Source of the DNA: an uncultured Candidatus Saccharibacteria bacterium
GTDB taxonomy: Bacteria; Patescibacteriota; Minisyncoccia; UBA6257; 1-14-0-10-40-38
Length of the DNA: 62,593 nucleotides
Reading direction: 5' to 3'
NCBI GenBank assembly: GCA_964543265.1
Contig: CAZIWN010000003.1
Span: 1-62,593 of the forward strand
In this document: piece by piece, positions 8,650-16,682 of the stretch
Layout: every line of letters starts with the position of its first letter
Numbering within the stretch: the first letter of the stretch is position 1
Position numbers and translations under genes: made by a program
The notes under the pieces: generated by a model
Seen by the model: the letters and a program-made list of their open reading frames with translations, nothing else
Told to the model about the DNA's origin: nothing
Database searches by the model: none

Positions 8650-10302
8650 ATGCTTTTAAAATTTCATAAACTTTTCGACGCTTTAACAAAAAACGAAAGA
8701 CAGATCTTTGAAGGAGCTTTAATGGTTTTTTTAGTTGCTTTTGTTCTTAATGGAATAAATTTATTTTATAAAACAACGACTATCAGGCCTATTGCTGGGG
8801 GAATTTTTAATGAAGGGGTTGTGGGACAGCCAACTAATTTAAATCCTATACTTTCTTCTAATAATGAAGCTGATAGAGACTTGATTGAATTTTTGTTTTT
8901 AGATGCCGGATCTATGCTTAAAGAATACAGAATATCAAACAATGGAAAGACTTGGGACTTGGAAATGAAGGAGGGTATGAAATGGAGTGATGGAGAGAAA
9001 ATAGATGGAGACGATTTAATCTTCACACTAAAAGCAATTCAGAACCCAGAAACAAGATCTCCAATGTTCCCTGCTTGGGACGGAGTAATAGCTGAAAAAA
9101 TAAATGACTTGGAAGTTAAAATAAATCTAAAAACTCCATACGCATTTTTCTTGGACAACTTAAAAAATTTAAAGCTTATTCCAGAACACATCTTTGGCAA
9201 AATACCATTGTCTAATATAAGGTTGTCAGATTTTAATTTAGAACCAATTTCGAGCGGACCATTTGCGTTTAAAGAATATACGAAAAGAAAGGATGGATTT
9301 ATTAAAGAATATTCGTTTTCTGAAAATCTTAATTTTAATGGACAACATCCATTGATTAAGGAGTTTAATTTTGTTTTCTTTGCAGATATAAGAGAAGCGA
9401 TAGAAGCTTTTAATAAAAAAGAGATAAATGGCTTAGGTGGACTGACTCCAGACCAAGAACAAGCAATAGAAATAAGTCACGAATTAAATGAGCTTAAATT
9501 GCCTAGGTATTATTCCCTATTTTTGAATCCATCAACATTTACACCATTTCAAGATAAGGAAGTGAGACGTGCAATAGATTTGGCTATAGATAAAAGCAGA
9601 ATTATTAAAGAAGTTTTCTTGGGTAAGGCCACAGAAGTTGATGGACCGATAATGCCTGGAATGGAGGGATATAAGCCTGGACAAGTTGTTTTCGATGTCG
9701 AACAAGCAAAGGACATATTGGCAAAAAACTCATGGAAAACCGGAGAGGAAGGTATTTTGGAAAAGGTTTCTGGGGGCAATGTTGTGCAGTTAAAATTTGA
9801 AATGGTTGTCCCTAATATAGATTTTTTGAAAAAAACAGCCGATATAATAAAGGAAAATTTAATGGCTGTGGGTATTTTTGCCAATATAAAATTATTGGAA
9901 CCACAAGAAGTAACTTCTCAAGTAATAAAACAAAGATCCTATGAAGGGTTGTTGTTTGGAAGCGTTTTGAAGAGCAATCCGGATATAATTTCTTTCTGGC
10001 ACTCATTGGAGAGATTTTATCCTGGGCTGAATTTGTCTCTTTATGAAAATAAAAGCTTAGATGAAACGCTGGAGTCTGCTAGAAAAAATTTAAATAAAAA
10101 TTCTAGGATAAAAGAGGTTAAAAAAATTCAGGAAATAATAAGAAACGACAAGCCTTCAATATTTTTATATTCTCCAAACTATTTATATGTAACGTCTAAT
10201 GATCTAAAAGGATTTAGAACAAAACTGATGATAGGATATCCATCTAAAAGACTGTCTGATGTTAGCGAGTGGAATCTAAAAACAGCTAGAGTGTTTAAAT
10301 AA
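8650..10302 (+). CDS. ABC transporter substrate-binding protein, family 5 (peptide/nickel type), membrane-anchored
   Basis: 550 aa with an N-terminal TM. Overall family-5 SBP look (WSDGEKIDGDDLIFT..., FLYSPNYLYV). Confidence 0.65.
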   Translation: MLLKFHKLFDALTKNERQIFEGALMVFLVAFVLNGINLFYKTTTIRPIAGGIFNEGVVGQPTNLNPILSSNNEADRDLIEFLFLDAGSMLKEYRISNNGKTWDLEMKEGMKWSDGEKIDGDDLIFTLKAIQNPETRSPMFPAWDGVIAEKINDLEVKINLKTPYAFFLDNLKNLKLIPEHIFGKIPLSNIRLSDFNLEPISSGPFAFKEYTKRKDGFIKEYSFSENLNFNGQHPLIKEFNFVFFADIREAIEAFNKKEINGLGGLTPDQEQAIEISHELNELKLPRYYSLFLNPSTFTPFQDKEVRRAIDLAIDKSRIIKEVFLGKATEVDGPIMPGMEGYKPGQVVFDVEQAKDILAKNSWKTGEEGILEKVSGGNVVQLKFEMVVPNIDFLKKTADIIKENLMAVGIFANIKLLEPQEVTSQVIKQRSYEGLLFGSVLKSNPDIISFWHSLERFYPGLNLSLYENKSLDETLESARKNLNKNSRIKEVKKIQEIIRNDKPSIFLYSPNYLYVTSNDLKGFRTKLMIGYPSKRLSDVSEWNLKTARVFK

Positions 10303-10308
10303 AGCTCA

Positions 10309-10391
10309 GGGCAAGTGGCGAAATGGCAGACGCGCAGGCTTCAGGAGCCTGTGATCGCAAGATCGTGAGGGTTCAAATCCCTCCTTGCCCA
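10309..10391 (+). tRNA. tRNA-Leu (anticodon CAG)
   Basis: Acceptor GGGCAAG/CTTGCCC. Anticodon arm CAGGC-TTCAGGA-GCCTG. Long variable arm (GATC-GCAA-GATC). T-arm GAGGG-TTCAAAT-CCCTC. Confidence 0.9.
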
Positions 10392-10511
10392 CAAAAATCA
10401 ATTTAATATTTTATCTAAATTTTTTAAATTTGGTCGATAACTTTTTAAAATTTAAATAGAAATTGGTTTCCTAAAAATAAAATTAATAAATTAAAAACAA
10501 AAAATAAAATA

Positions 10512-12269
10512 ATGATGGAAAGAAGAAGAACGAACAATGGGCCGAGGAGATTTATAAAAAGAGATCCTGAAGCTGTGCCGGTTAAAAAAGATACTCGCCA
10601 TATGGATGGCGAAGAAACGGTAAAATTTGTACCGCTGGGAGGATTGGATGAAATCGGAAGAAACTCCGCCTATTTTGAATATAAAAATGAAATCGTGATG
10701 ATTGATACAGGAATACAGTTTCCAGAAGAAGAAACTCCTGGAATAGACTTTATTATTCCAAACGTATCATCTCTCGAGAGTAAAAAACAAAATATAAAAG
10801 GAATTTTATTTACCCATGGACACTTGGATCATATCCATGCCCTCCCCTATCTTTTAGAAAAATTGGGTAATCCACTCCTTTATACAACAAATTTAACAAA
10901 AGCATTAATAGAAAAAAGATTAATAGAATTTCCAAACGTTCCCAAAGCTAGGTTCGTAATTGTAAAACCTGGAGATAGGGTTAGAATTTCTGAAAATTTT
11001 GAGGCAGAATTTTTTGCTGTAAGCCACACCATCTTCGACGCTATCGGAGTGATGTTGCATACAAAAATTGGAAAGCTGGTCCACTTTGGAGACTTTAGAT
11101 TAGAAACTTCCAGAGACGGAAAACCTCAAGAATTAGAAGTCTTTGAATGGCTTGGAAAACAGAATGTTCACACAATATTTATAGACAGCACAAATTCTAG
11201 AAATGAAGGTTTTTCTATGTCTGAAGAATTAGTTGAAGAAAACCTTGAGAAATTAATGGTTGGAGCCAAGGGAAGAGTTATTATGGCTTGTTTTGCTTCA
11301 ATCTTAAACCGCTTGGGCGAAATTATTAGAATTGCTGAAAAGCTTGGAAGGAAAGTTGCGCTAAATGGAAGATCGATGAAGGATAATATTCAAATTGCCC
11401 AAACCCTTGGATACATCAAACCTCAAAAAGGAACAATAATTCCATTGGAAGAAATTGGTAAATTTAAAGACGAAAAAATTCTTATTTTAACCACGGGCAG
11501 CCAAGGAGAAGAAAATTCCGGTTTAATGAGAATTGTAAGCAAAGAACACCACTTAGTTGAACTTAAGAAAACTGACACGGTTATATTTTCATCTTCAGTT
11601 GTTCCGGGAAATGAAAGATCTGTTCAGGCCCTACAAGACAATGTCGCCCGACAAGTTGATGAGCTATATAATTCAAAATTATTAGACATTCACGCCTCAG
11701 GACACTGTACCTCGGAAGATATAAAGCTAGTTATGAAATTAGTTAATCCAAAATTCGTTGTGCCGGTGCACGCCTATTACTTTATGAGGAAATTGGTTGT
11801 TAAGCTCGCTGAAAAAGTTGGAATTCCTCCAGAGAGAGTTGTGGTTATGGAAAATGGAGACGTGGCCAAAATCCAACATGATAAATTTATCATCTCTGAA
11901 GATAAGGTAAATACCTCATATGTCATGGTAGACGGACTTGGAGTTGGAGACGTTGAAGAGGTTGTGCTTCGCGACCGCAGAGTTTTATCTGAAGAAGGAA
12001 TGATCGTGATTATTGCCACAATTGATAGAATGACCGGCAGAAGCTTAAAGAATCCAGATATCATTTCTAGAGGATTTATTTATTTGAAAGAAAATAAAGA
12101 ATTACTTGAAGAAATCAGGAAGAAGCTAAGGGGAGTTATTATGAAAATCCCAAATCAGGAAGCTGATGCAGACTTCATTAAAACTTTAATGAGAGAAAGT
12201 ATTTCTTCTTTGATTTTCAGCAAGACTAAGAGAAGACCGATGGTACTACCGGTAATCATCGAAGTCTAG
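10512..12269 (+). CDS. rnj: Ribonuclease J
   Basis: Metallo-beta-lactamase motif HGHLDHIHA, a beta-CASP region and an RNase J-length C-terminal domain. Confidence 0.85.
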   Translation: MMERRRTNNGPRRFIKRDPEAVPVKKDTRHMDGEETVKFVPLGGLDEIGRNSAYFEYKNEIVMIDTGIQFPEEETPGIDFIIPNVSSLESKKQNIKGILFTHGHLDHIHALPYLLEKLGNPLLYTTNLTKALIEKRLIEFPNVPKARFVIVKPGDRVRISENFEAEFFAVSHTIFDAIGVMLHTKIGKLVHFGDFRLETSRDGKPQELEVFEWLGKQNVHTIFIDSTNSRNEGFSMSEELVEENLEKLMVGAKGRVIMACFASILNRLGEIIRIAEKLGRKVALNGRSMKDNIQIAQTLGYIKPQKGTIIPLEEIGKFKDEKILILTTGSQGEENSGLMRIVSKEHHLVELKKTDTVIFSSSVVPGNERSVQALQDNVARQVDELYNSKLLDIHASGHCTSEDIKLVMKLVNPKFVVPVHAYYFMRKLVVKLAEKVGIPPERVVVMENGDVAKIQHDKFIISEDKVNTSYVMVDGLGVGDVEEVVLRDRRVLSEEGMIVIIATIDRMTGRSLKNPDIISRGFIYLKENKELLEEIRKKLRGVIMKIPNQEADADFIKTLMRESISSLIFSKTKRRPMVLPVIIEV

Positions 12270-12273
12270 ATAA

Positions 12274-12381
12274 GATGCTATTAATTTTAGAAATTGTGGC
12301 GTTGCTCCTCCTTGGAGTATTCGCATAGCTTACATACACCTTCGTCGTCGCGCCTTACACTTTCAAAAATTATTTAGCATC
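12274..12381 (+). repeat. Structured ~100-nt intergenic repeat, copy 2 of 5
   Basis: Imperfect ~28-bp closing helix (GATGCTA...GTGGCG / CGCC...TAGCATC). Core GTTGCTCCTCCTTGGAGTATTCGCATAGCTTACATACACCTTCGTCGTCGCGCC. Confidence 0.6.
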
Positions 12382-12389
12382 CGTAGATC

Positions 12390-12432
12390 ATACACAAAAA
12401 TCCGCCACGAAAATGGGCGGATTTTTGTGTAT
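12390..12432. terminator. Intrinsic terminator after rnj
   Basis: 17-bp perfect stem ATACACAAAAATCCGCC / GGCGGATTTTTGTGTAT with a 9-nt loop. Confidence 0.75.
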
Positions 12433-12435
12433 GTA

Positions 12436-12464
12436 TTGACTTTTTAATATTTTAATGCTAAAAT
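12436..12464 (+). promoter_or_regulatory. Near-consensus sigma-70 promoter of GC-rich cassette 1
   Basis: TTGACT, 17-nt spacer, TAAAAT. The SD GAAGGGGG precedes the GTG start at 12506. Confidence 0.6.
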
Positions 12465-12505
12465 AGACAGCAGAAACTCAAACAAAACAAAGAAGGGGGT
12501 GTCGC

Positions 12506-13084
12506 GTGAACATTTATGTGGTTCTTGGCAGTGTCTTGGGAGCGTTGCTTTATTTGCCCTTGTGCTATCAGATTCTGCAGAGGAAAACGACGCAGAATTT
12601 GTGGACGTGGGTGATGTGGGGTATCCTGGACGCGATCGCGCTTCTATCTGTCATATTCCAAGGTGGAAACTATCTCTTATTGGCGGTGTATGTGCTCGGG
12701 AGCACTGCGACTTCTATTGCGATCATCAAGTCTGGAGCCAAGTCTAGCTGGGGCAGATTTGAAACAGTGATTGCACTTCTGGCAGTCGCATGCATGGTCG
12801 TCTGGAGCTTTTCCGGGGCTAAGGTTGCGACTATCGCCAGCACGCTTGCCATAGTCATAGCTGCGCTTCCGCAGATGAAAGATGCCTGGAAGCGACCGCA
12901 CGAGAATCCATGTCTCGTGTATGTCGGCTATACGTTCGCCAATCTTTTTTCCGCAATTGGCGGGAAAGATTGGTCGGTGGAAGAGCGTTTCTATCCGGCA
13001 TCGTGCACCGTTCTCTGTTTAGTAATAACAATACTGATCGCTCGCAAGTTCTGGCTACTAAAGCCAGCTCTAGTGGTCGATTGA
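12506..13084 (+). CDS. GC-rich 6-7-TM membrane protein with two PQ-loop-like motifs
   Basis: 192 aa with a GTG start. LPLCYQILQRK after TM1 and ALPQMKDAWKRP after a later TM. The coding body is visibly much more GC-rich than its flanks. Confidence 0.6.
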   Translation: MNIYVVLGSVLGALLYLPLCYQILQRKTTQNLWTWVMWGILDAIALLSVIFQGGNYLLLAVYVLGSTATSIAIIKSGAKSSWGRFETVIALLAVACMVVWSFSGAKVATIASTLAIVIAALPQMKDAWKRPHENPCLVYVGYTFANLFSAIGGKDWSVEERFYPASCTVLCLVITILIARKFWLLKPALVVD

Positions 13085-13110
13085 TTCCCGCAGATGTACG
13101 CATCGGCGGA

Positions 13111-13150
13111 AAAAGGGGGCAGGTGGTCGAGAAGACTACCCAGCCCCTTT
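13111..13150. terminator. Bidirectional terminator (cassette 1 / ileS)
   Basis: AAAAGGGGGC...GCCCCTTT stem followed by CTTTTTTTTT, between convergent genes. Confidence 0.7.
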
Positions 13151-13161
13151 CTTTTTTTTTA

Positions 13162-16100
13162 TTAAATTTTCTTTAAAAATATTTCGAACGGAGAACTGTC
13201 TATTTCTCCACGAGAGACAAAGTCGTGAGATATTTTTCTATTATCAGAAAATTCGAACAGAGCCACTCTTTTAGCTTTTAAAGAGGATTTAAATTCATCG
13301 ATAAATTTATTAATGATATTTAAATTTTCTTTTGAGGCCGAAATTGAAATCTCTATTCCCTCACCCACTTTCAAACCAGCGTCTTGTCTGGCTTTCTGGC
13401 AGGTGCGCAAGATTTCTCTAAATCTTCCTTCGGCGAATAATTCTGGAGTTATATTTCTATCTAATTCCAATTCGTTTTCTTGGTCTGCGCCAAAAACGAC
13501 TTCTTTGACGTTGATTTCGTCTTTAATAATCTCTATTAAATCTTTATTTTTGGATAAATTTTTTTCTGCTGATTTAACACTTAATTTAGCTAAGGGTTGG
13601 CGGATCTTGATTCCAATTTCTTGTCTCAATGAGAGCGCGTCTGAACAAATTTTCCTCAAAGCTTCCATATTTACAATCAACGCTTTGTTGGCTGGCGTTA
13701 ATTTTTTAAATTTTGGCCAAGTCTCTAAATGCACTGATTCAAGCTTATTTCCAGCATATAAAGATTTATAAACCGCATCTGCTAGAAATGGAGAAAGTGG
13801 AGCAATTAATTTCGAAATATTGAGTAATGCGAAATTTAAGGTTGCAGAGGCAAAATTTAAATCACTCTCTGAAGACGGAGAAGCAAATCTATCTCTCGAA
13901 CGCCTGATATACCAGCGAGATAAATCATCCACTAGCGCCTCTATGGCCTTGGTGGCCGATAAGGCGTCGTAAGCATCTAAGCTTTTAGTTGTGGCTTCTA
14001 CCGCCTCATTAAGACGGATTAAAATCCATTTATCTAAAAGATTAGGAGATTTATCAGGATTAACTTTAGAGATATTAGAGAAAGCATGAGAATAGGTTTT
14101 AAGATAAGCAAAAGAATTATAAACAAGCATATGTAGCTTTCTATAAACTTTCATAATTTCCGCTTCATCATAGCGCTTAGCTTCTCCTGGGTCGCTGGCG
14201 GAAAAGAAAAACCAGCGGATGACATCAACTCCAAATTTTTTAATAGTTTCCATTGGCTCAACAACGTTGCCTTTAGATTTGGACATTTTCTGTCCGTTTT
14301 TATCTAAGAGGAGTCCAGTTGAGATGACATTCTTATATGGCGCGCCCTTGCCTAAAAGGCATGAGATAGCGAGAAGCGTATAGAACCAGCCGCGAGTTTG
14401 ATCCATGCCTTCAGAGATATAATCCGCTGGAAAAGATTTTTTAGTTGTGATGAGATTTGAATTTTCGAAAGGATAATGGATGGAAGCGAATGGCATGGCG
14501 CCAGAATCGAACCAGACGTCTAAAACTTCTTTGACGCGAGTCATTTTCTTGTGACATTTTTTGCAATTCAAATGAACCTCATCGATAAATGGTTTGTGAA
14601 CGTCTAAAAGTCCATCTCCGTTAAATGGAAGATTGCTTGATTTAATATTTCTCAACTCTCCTGGCTGAATATATTTATATTCAAAGGTTTCTTTTTCTGA
14701 TCTTGAATTTAGAGCGGCATCAAGAAGCCATAATGGATCTCCGTGACTTACGATAACTATATTTTTGCCTTTGTATTTAGAGTTGATTTCCCTAAAAGCC
14801 TCGACAATTCTGCGCCTGACTTCAATTTTTGATTCCCCTCCTTGCGGCACTATAGAAAATTTTTCTGGGCCTTGGCCGTGGAATTTTATATATTCTTCAA
14901 TTTTCTGGCCATTAAAAACTCCGGTATCAATATCTTTTAATCTGTCGTCTTTATGAATTTTGGCCCCAGTGGTTTTAGAAATAATTTCTGAGGTTTCTAA
15001 AGTTCTGGCGTAGGGCGATGAAAAAATTAAATCTATCTTTTTGGTTTTTAATTTTTTAGCTAAAGATTCTATTTGCTTAATTCCCTTCTTGGTTAAATGA
15101 GATGGATTCTTTTTTTCATAATCCCCCATGGCGAGAATATTTTTTAAATTATGTTCTGCCTCTCCGTGCCTAACTAAGAAAAAATTGTTGCTGTTATTTT
15201 CACCATATTTTTCTAAATCAGAAATAGAGCTCACAACTTGGTGAGTGTTACAACTAGAGCATTCCCAGATTGGAAGTGGTGTTCCCCAATATCTTTCGCG
15301 AGAAATCGCCCAGTCTTTCAAGTCTTTCAGCCATTCCCCAAAACGTCCATTTTTAACGTGTTCGGGAATCCAATTAATCTTTTTATTTTCTTTAATTAAG
15401 ACATTTTTAACTGCCGACATCTTAATAAACCAAGAACTTCTGGCATAATAAAGAATTGGCGTGGAACATCTCCAGCAAAATGGATACTCGTGTTTATATA
15501 ATTCTCTTTTAAAGAGATTATTATTTGATTTTAAATATTCAAATATCTTGGCTTCGGTGGCTTTTGACTTAACATATTCTCCGGCAAAATCTTTTACTTC
15601 TGAGACAAATTTTCCTGCATCATCTACAGTATGGAACCTTGGAAGTCCTAATTTTTCTCCCAAAACATAGTCATCTTCTCCGTACATAACGGCAGTGTGC
15701 ACCACTCCAGATCCATCGGAGGTCGTCACAAAACTAGCTCCATATACTTGATATGATTTGGCTGATTTTAAGCTTTTAATATCAAATAATGGCTCGTATT
15801 TTAGGCCGATTAAGTCTTTACCTTGAAGCTTAAAAAGTATTTGCGCGTTTTCACCCAAAACTGAACTCACTCTTTCTTCGGCTAAAACAAATATTTCTCC
15901 CCCAACTTTTACACCCACATAATTTATTTTTTCTCCCACAGCCAGGGCAACATTGCCTGGAAGCGTCCAAGGGGTTGTTGTCCAAGAAACGATATAAGCA
16001 TTATCGGCAAAAGAAACTGTGCCAGTGCGCTGGTTTTTTAAAATTTTAAATTTAACGAAAACTGATTCATCTTCCACTTCTTTATATCCTTGAGCGATTT

Positions 16101-16674
16101 CGTGAGAAGAAAGAGCGGTGCCACACCTCGAACACCATGGAAGAACTTTGTGTCCTTTATATAAATACTTTTTCTTATCTATTTCTGATAATAAATTCCA
16201 GATGCTTTCGATATAGTTATTTTCATAAGTGACATAAGGATTATCCATATCCAGCCAGAAACCCATTCTTTCAGTTAATTTTTCCCAATCGGATTTAAAT
16301 TCCCAAACCGAAGATTTACATTCCTTATTAAATTTAGCCACTCCAAAGGCCTCTATTTCTTTTTTAGATTTCAAACCCAGCTTCTTCTCTACCCCAAGCT
16401 CAACCGGAAGTCCGTGCGTGTCCCAACCCGCTTTGCGAGGCACATAAAAACCCTGCATAGATTTGTAGCGCAAAATAAAATCTTTGAAAGATCTGGCTAA
16501 AACGTGGTGAATTCCTGGGCGGCCGTTGGCGGTTGGCGGACCTTCGAAAAATCTGAATACTTTTTTACCTTGCCTATTTTTGAGCGATTTTTGGAATATT
16601 TTTGAAGTTTTCCAAAATTCTAGTGTCTTTTCTTCAACCTCGCTCATGTTGAAGTTTTTTAAATCTCTTAACAT
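13162..16674 (-). CDS. ileS: Isoleucyl-tRNA synthetase (type 2-like) with an inserted histidine-phosphatase domain
   Basis: HIGH-type PGIHHVLAR, editing-domain TTTPWTLPGN, KMSKS. 1170 aa; residues ~497-685 carry RHGEAEHN...SHGD (see finding). Confidence 0.9.
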   Translation of the reverse strand: MLRDLKNFNMSEVEEKTLEFWKTSKIFQKSLKNRQGKKVFRFFEGPPTANGRPGIHHVLARSFKDFILRYKSMQGFYVPRKAGWDTHGLPVELGVEKKLGLKSKKEIEAFGVAKFNKECKSSVWEFKSDWEKLTERMGFWLDMDNPYVTYENNYIESIWNLLSEIDKKKYLYKGHKVLPWCSRCGTALSSHEIAQGYKEVEDESVFVKFKILKNQRTGTVSFADNAYIVSWTTTPWTLPGNVALAVGEKINYVGVKVGGEIFVLAEERVSSVLGENAQILFKLQGKDLIGLKYEPLFDIKSLKSAKSYQVYGASFVTTSDGSGVVHTAVMYGEDDYVLGEKLGLPRFHTVDDAGKFVSEVKDFAGEYVKSKATEAKIFEYLKSNNNLFKRELYKHEYPFCWRCSTPILYYARSSWFIKMSAVKNVLIKENKKINWIPEHVKNGRFGEWLKDLKDWAISRERYWGTPLPIWECSSCNTHQVVSSISDLEKYGENNSNNFFLVRHGEAEHNLKNILAMGDYEKKNPSHLTKKGIKQIESLAKKLKTKKIDLIFSSPYARTLETSEIISKTTGAKIHKDDRLKDIDTGVFNGQKIEEYIKFHGQGPEKFSIVPQGGESKIEVRRRIVEAFREINSKYKGKNIVIVSHGDPLWLLDAALNSRSEKETFEYKYIQPGELRNIKSSNLPFNGDGLLDVHKPFIDEVHLNCKKCHKKMTRVKEVLDVWFDSGAMPFASIHYPFENSNLITTKKSFPADYISEGMDQTRGWFYTLLAISCLLGKGAPYKNVISTGLLLDKNGQKMSKSKGNVVEPMETIKKFGVDVIRWFFFSASDPGEAKRYDEAEIMKVYRKLHMLVYNSFAYLKTYSHAFSNISKVNPDKSPNLLDKWILIRLNEAVEATTKSLDAYDALSATKAIEALVDDLSRWYIRRSRDRFASPSSESDLNFASATLNFALLNISKLIAPLSPFLADAVYKSLYAGNKLESVHLETWPKFKKLTPANKALIVNMEALRKICSDALSLRQEIGIKIRQPLAKLSVKSAEKNLSKNKDLIEIIKDEINVKEVVFGADQENELELDRNITPELFAEGRFREILRTCQKARQDAGLKVGEGIEISISASKENLNIINKFIDEFKSSLKAKRVALFEFSDNRKISHDFVSRGEIDSSPFEIFLKKI

Positions 16675-16682
16675 GTTTTTGT

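Noticed and set aside
12274-12381. The structured repeats as integron attC sites flanking the GC-rich cassettes.
   Set aside because: There are no RYYYAAC/GTTRRRY boundary motifs and no integron integrase. The cassettes are dispersed, each with its own promoter, and are not arrayed. Three of the five repeats are not next to a cassette.
12499-13176. Five additional ORF-track frames inside GC-rich cassette 1: 12499-12747, 12670-12858, 12677-12901, 12855-13103 and 12910-13176.
   Set aside because: They are open only because stop codons are rare in GC-rich DNA. They lack SD and promoter context and give R/P/S-rich nonsense. The 12506-13084 frame has coherent TM helices.
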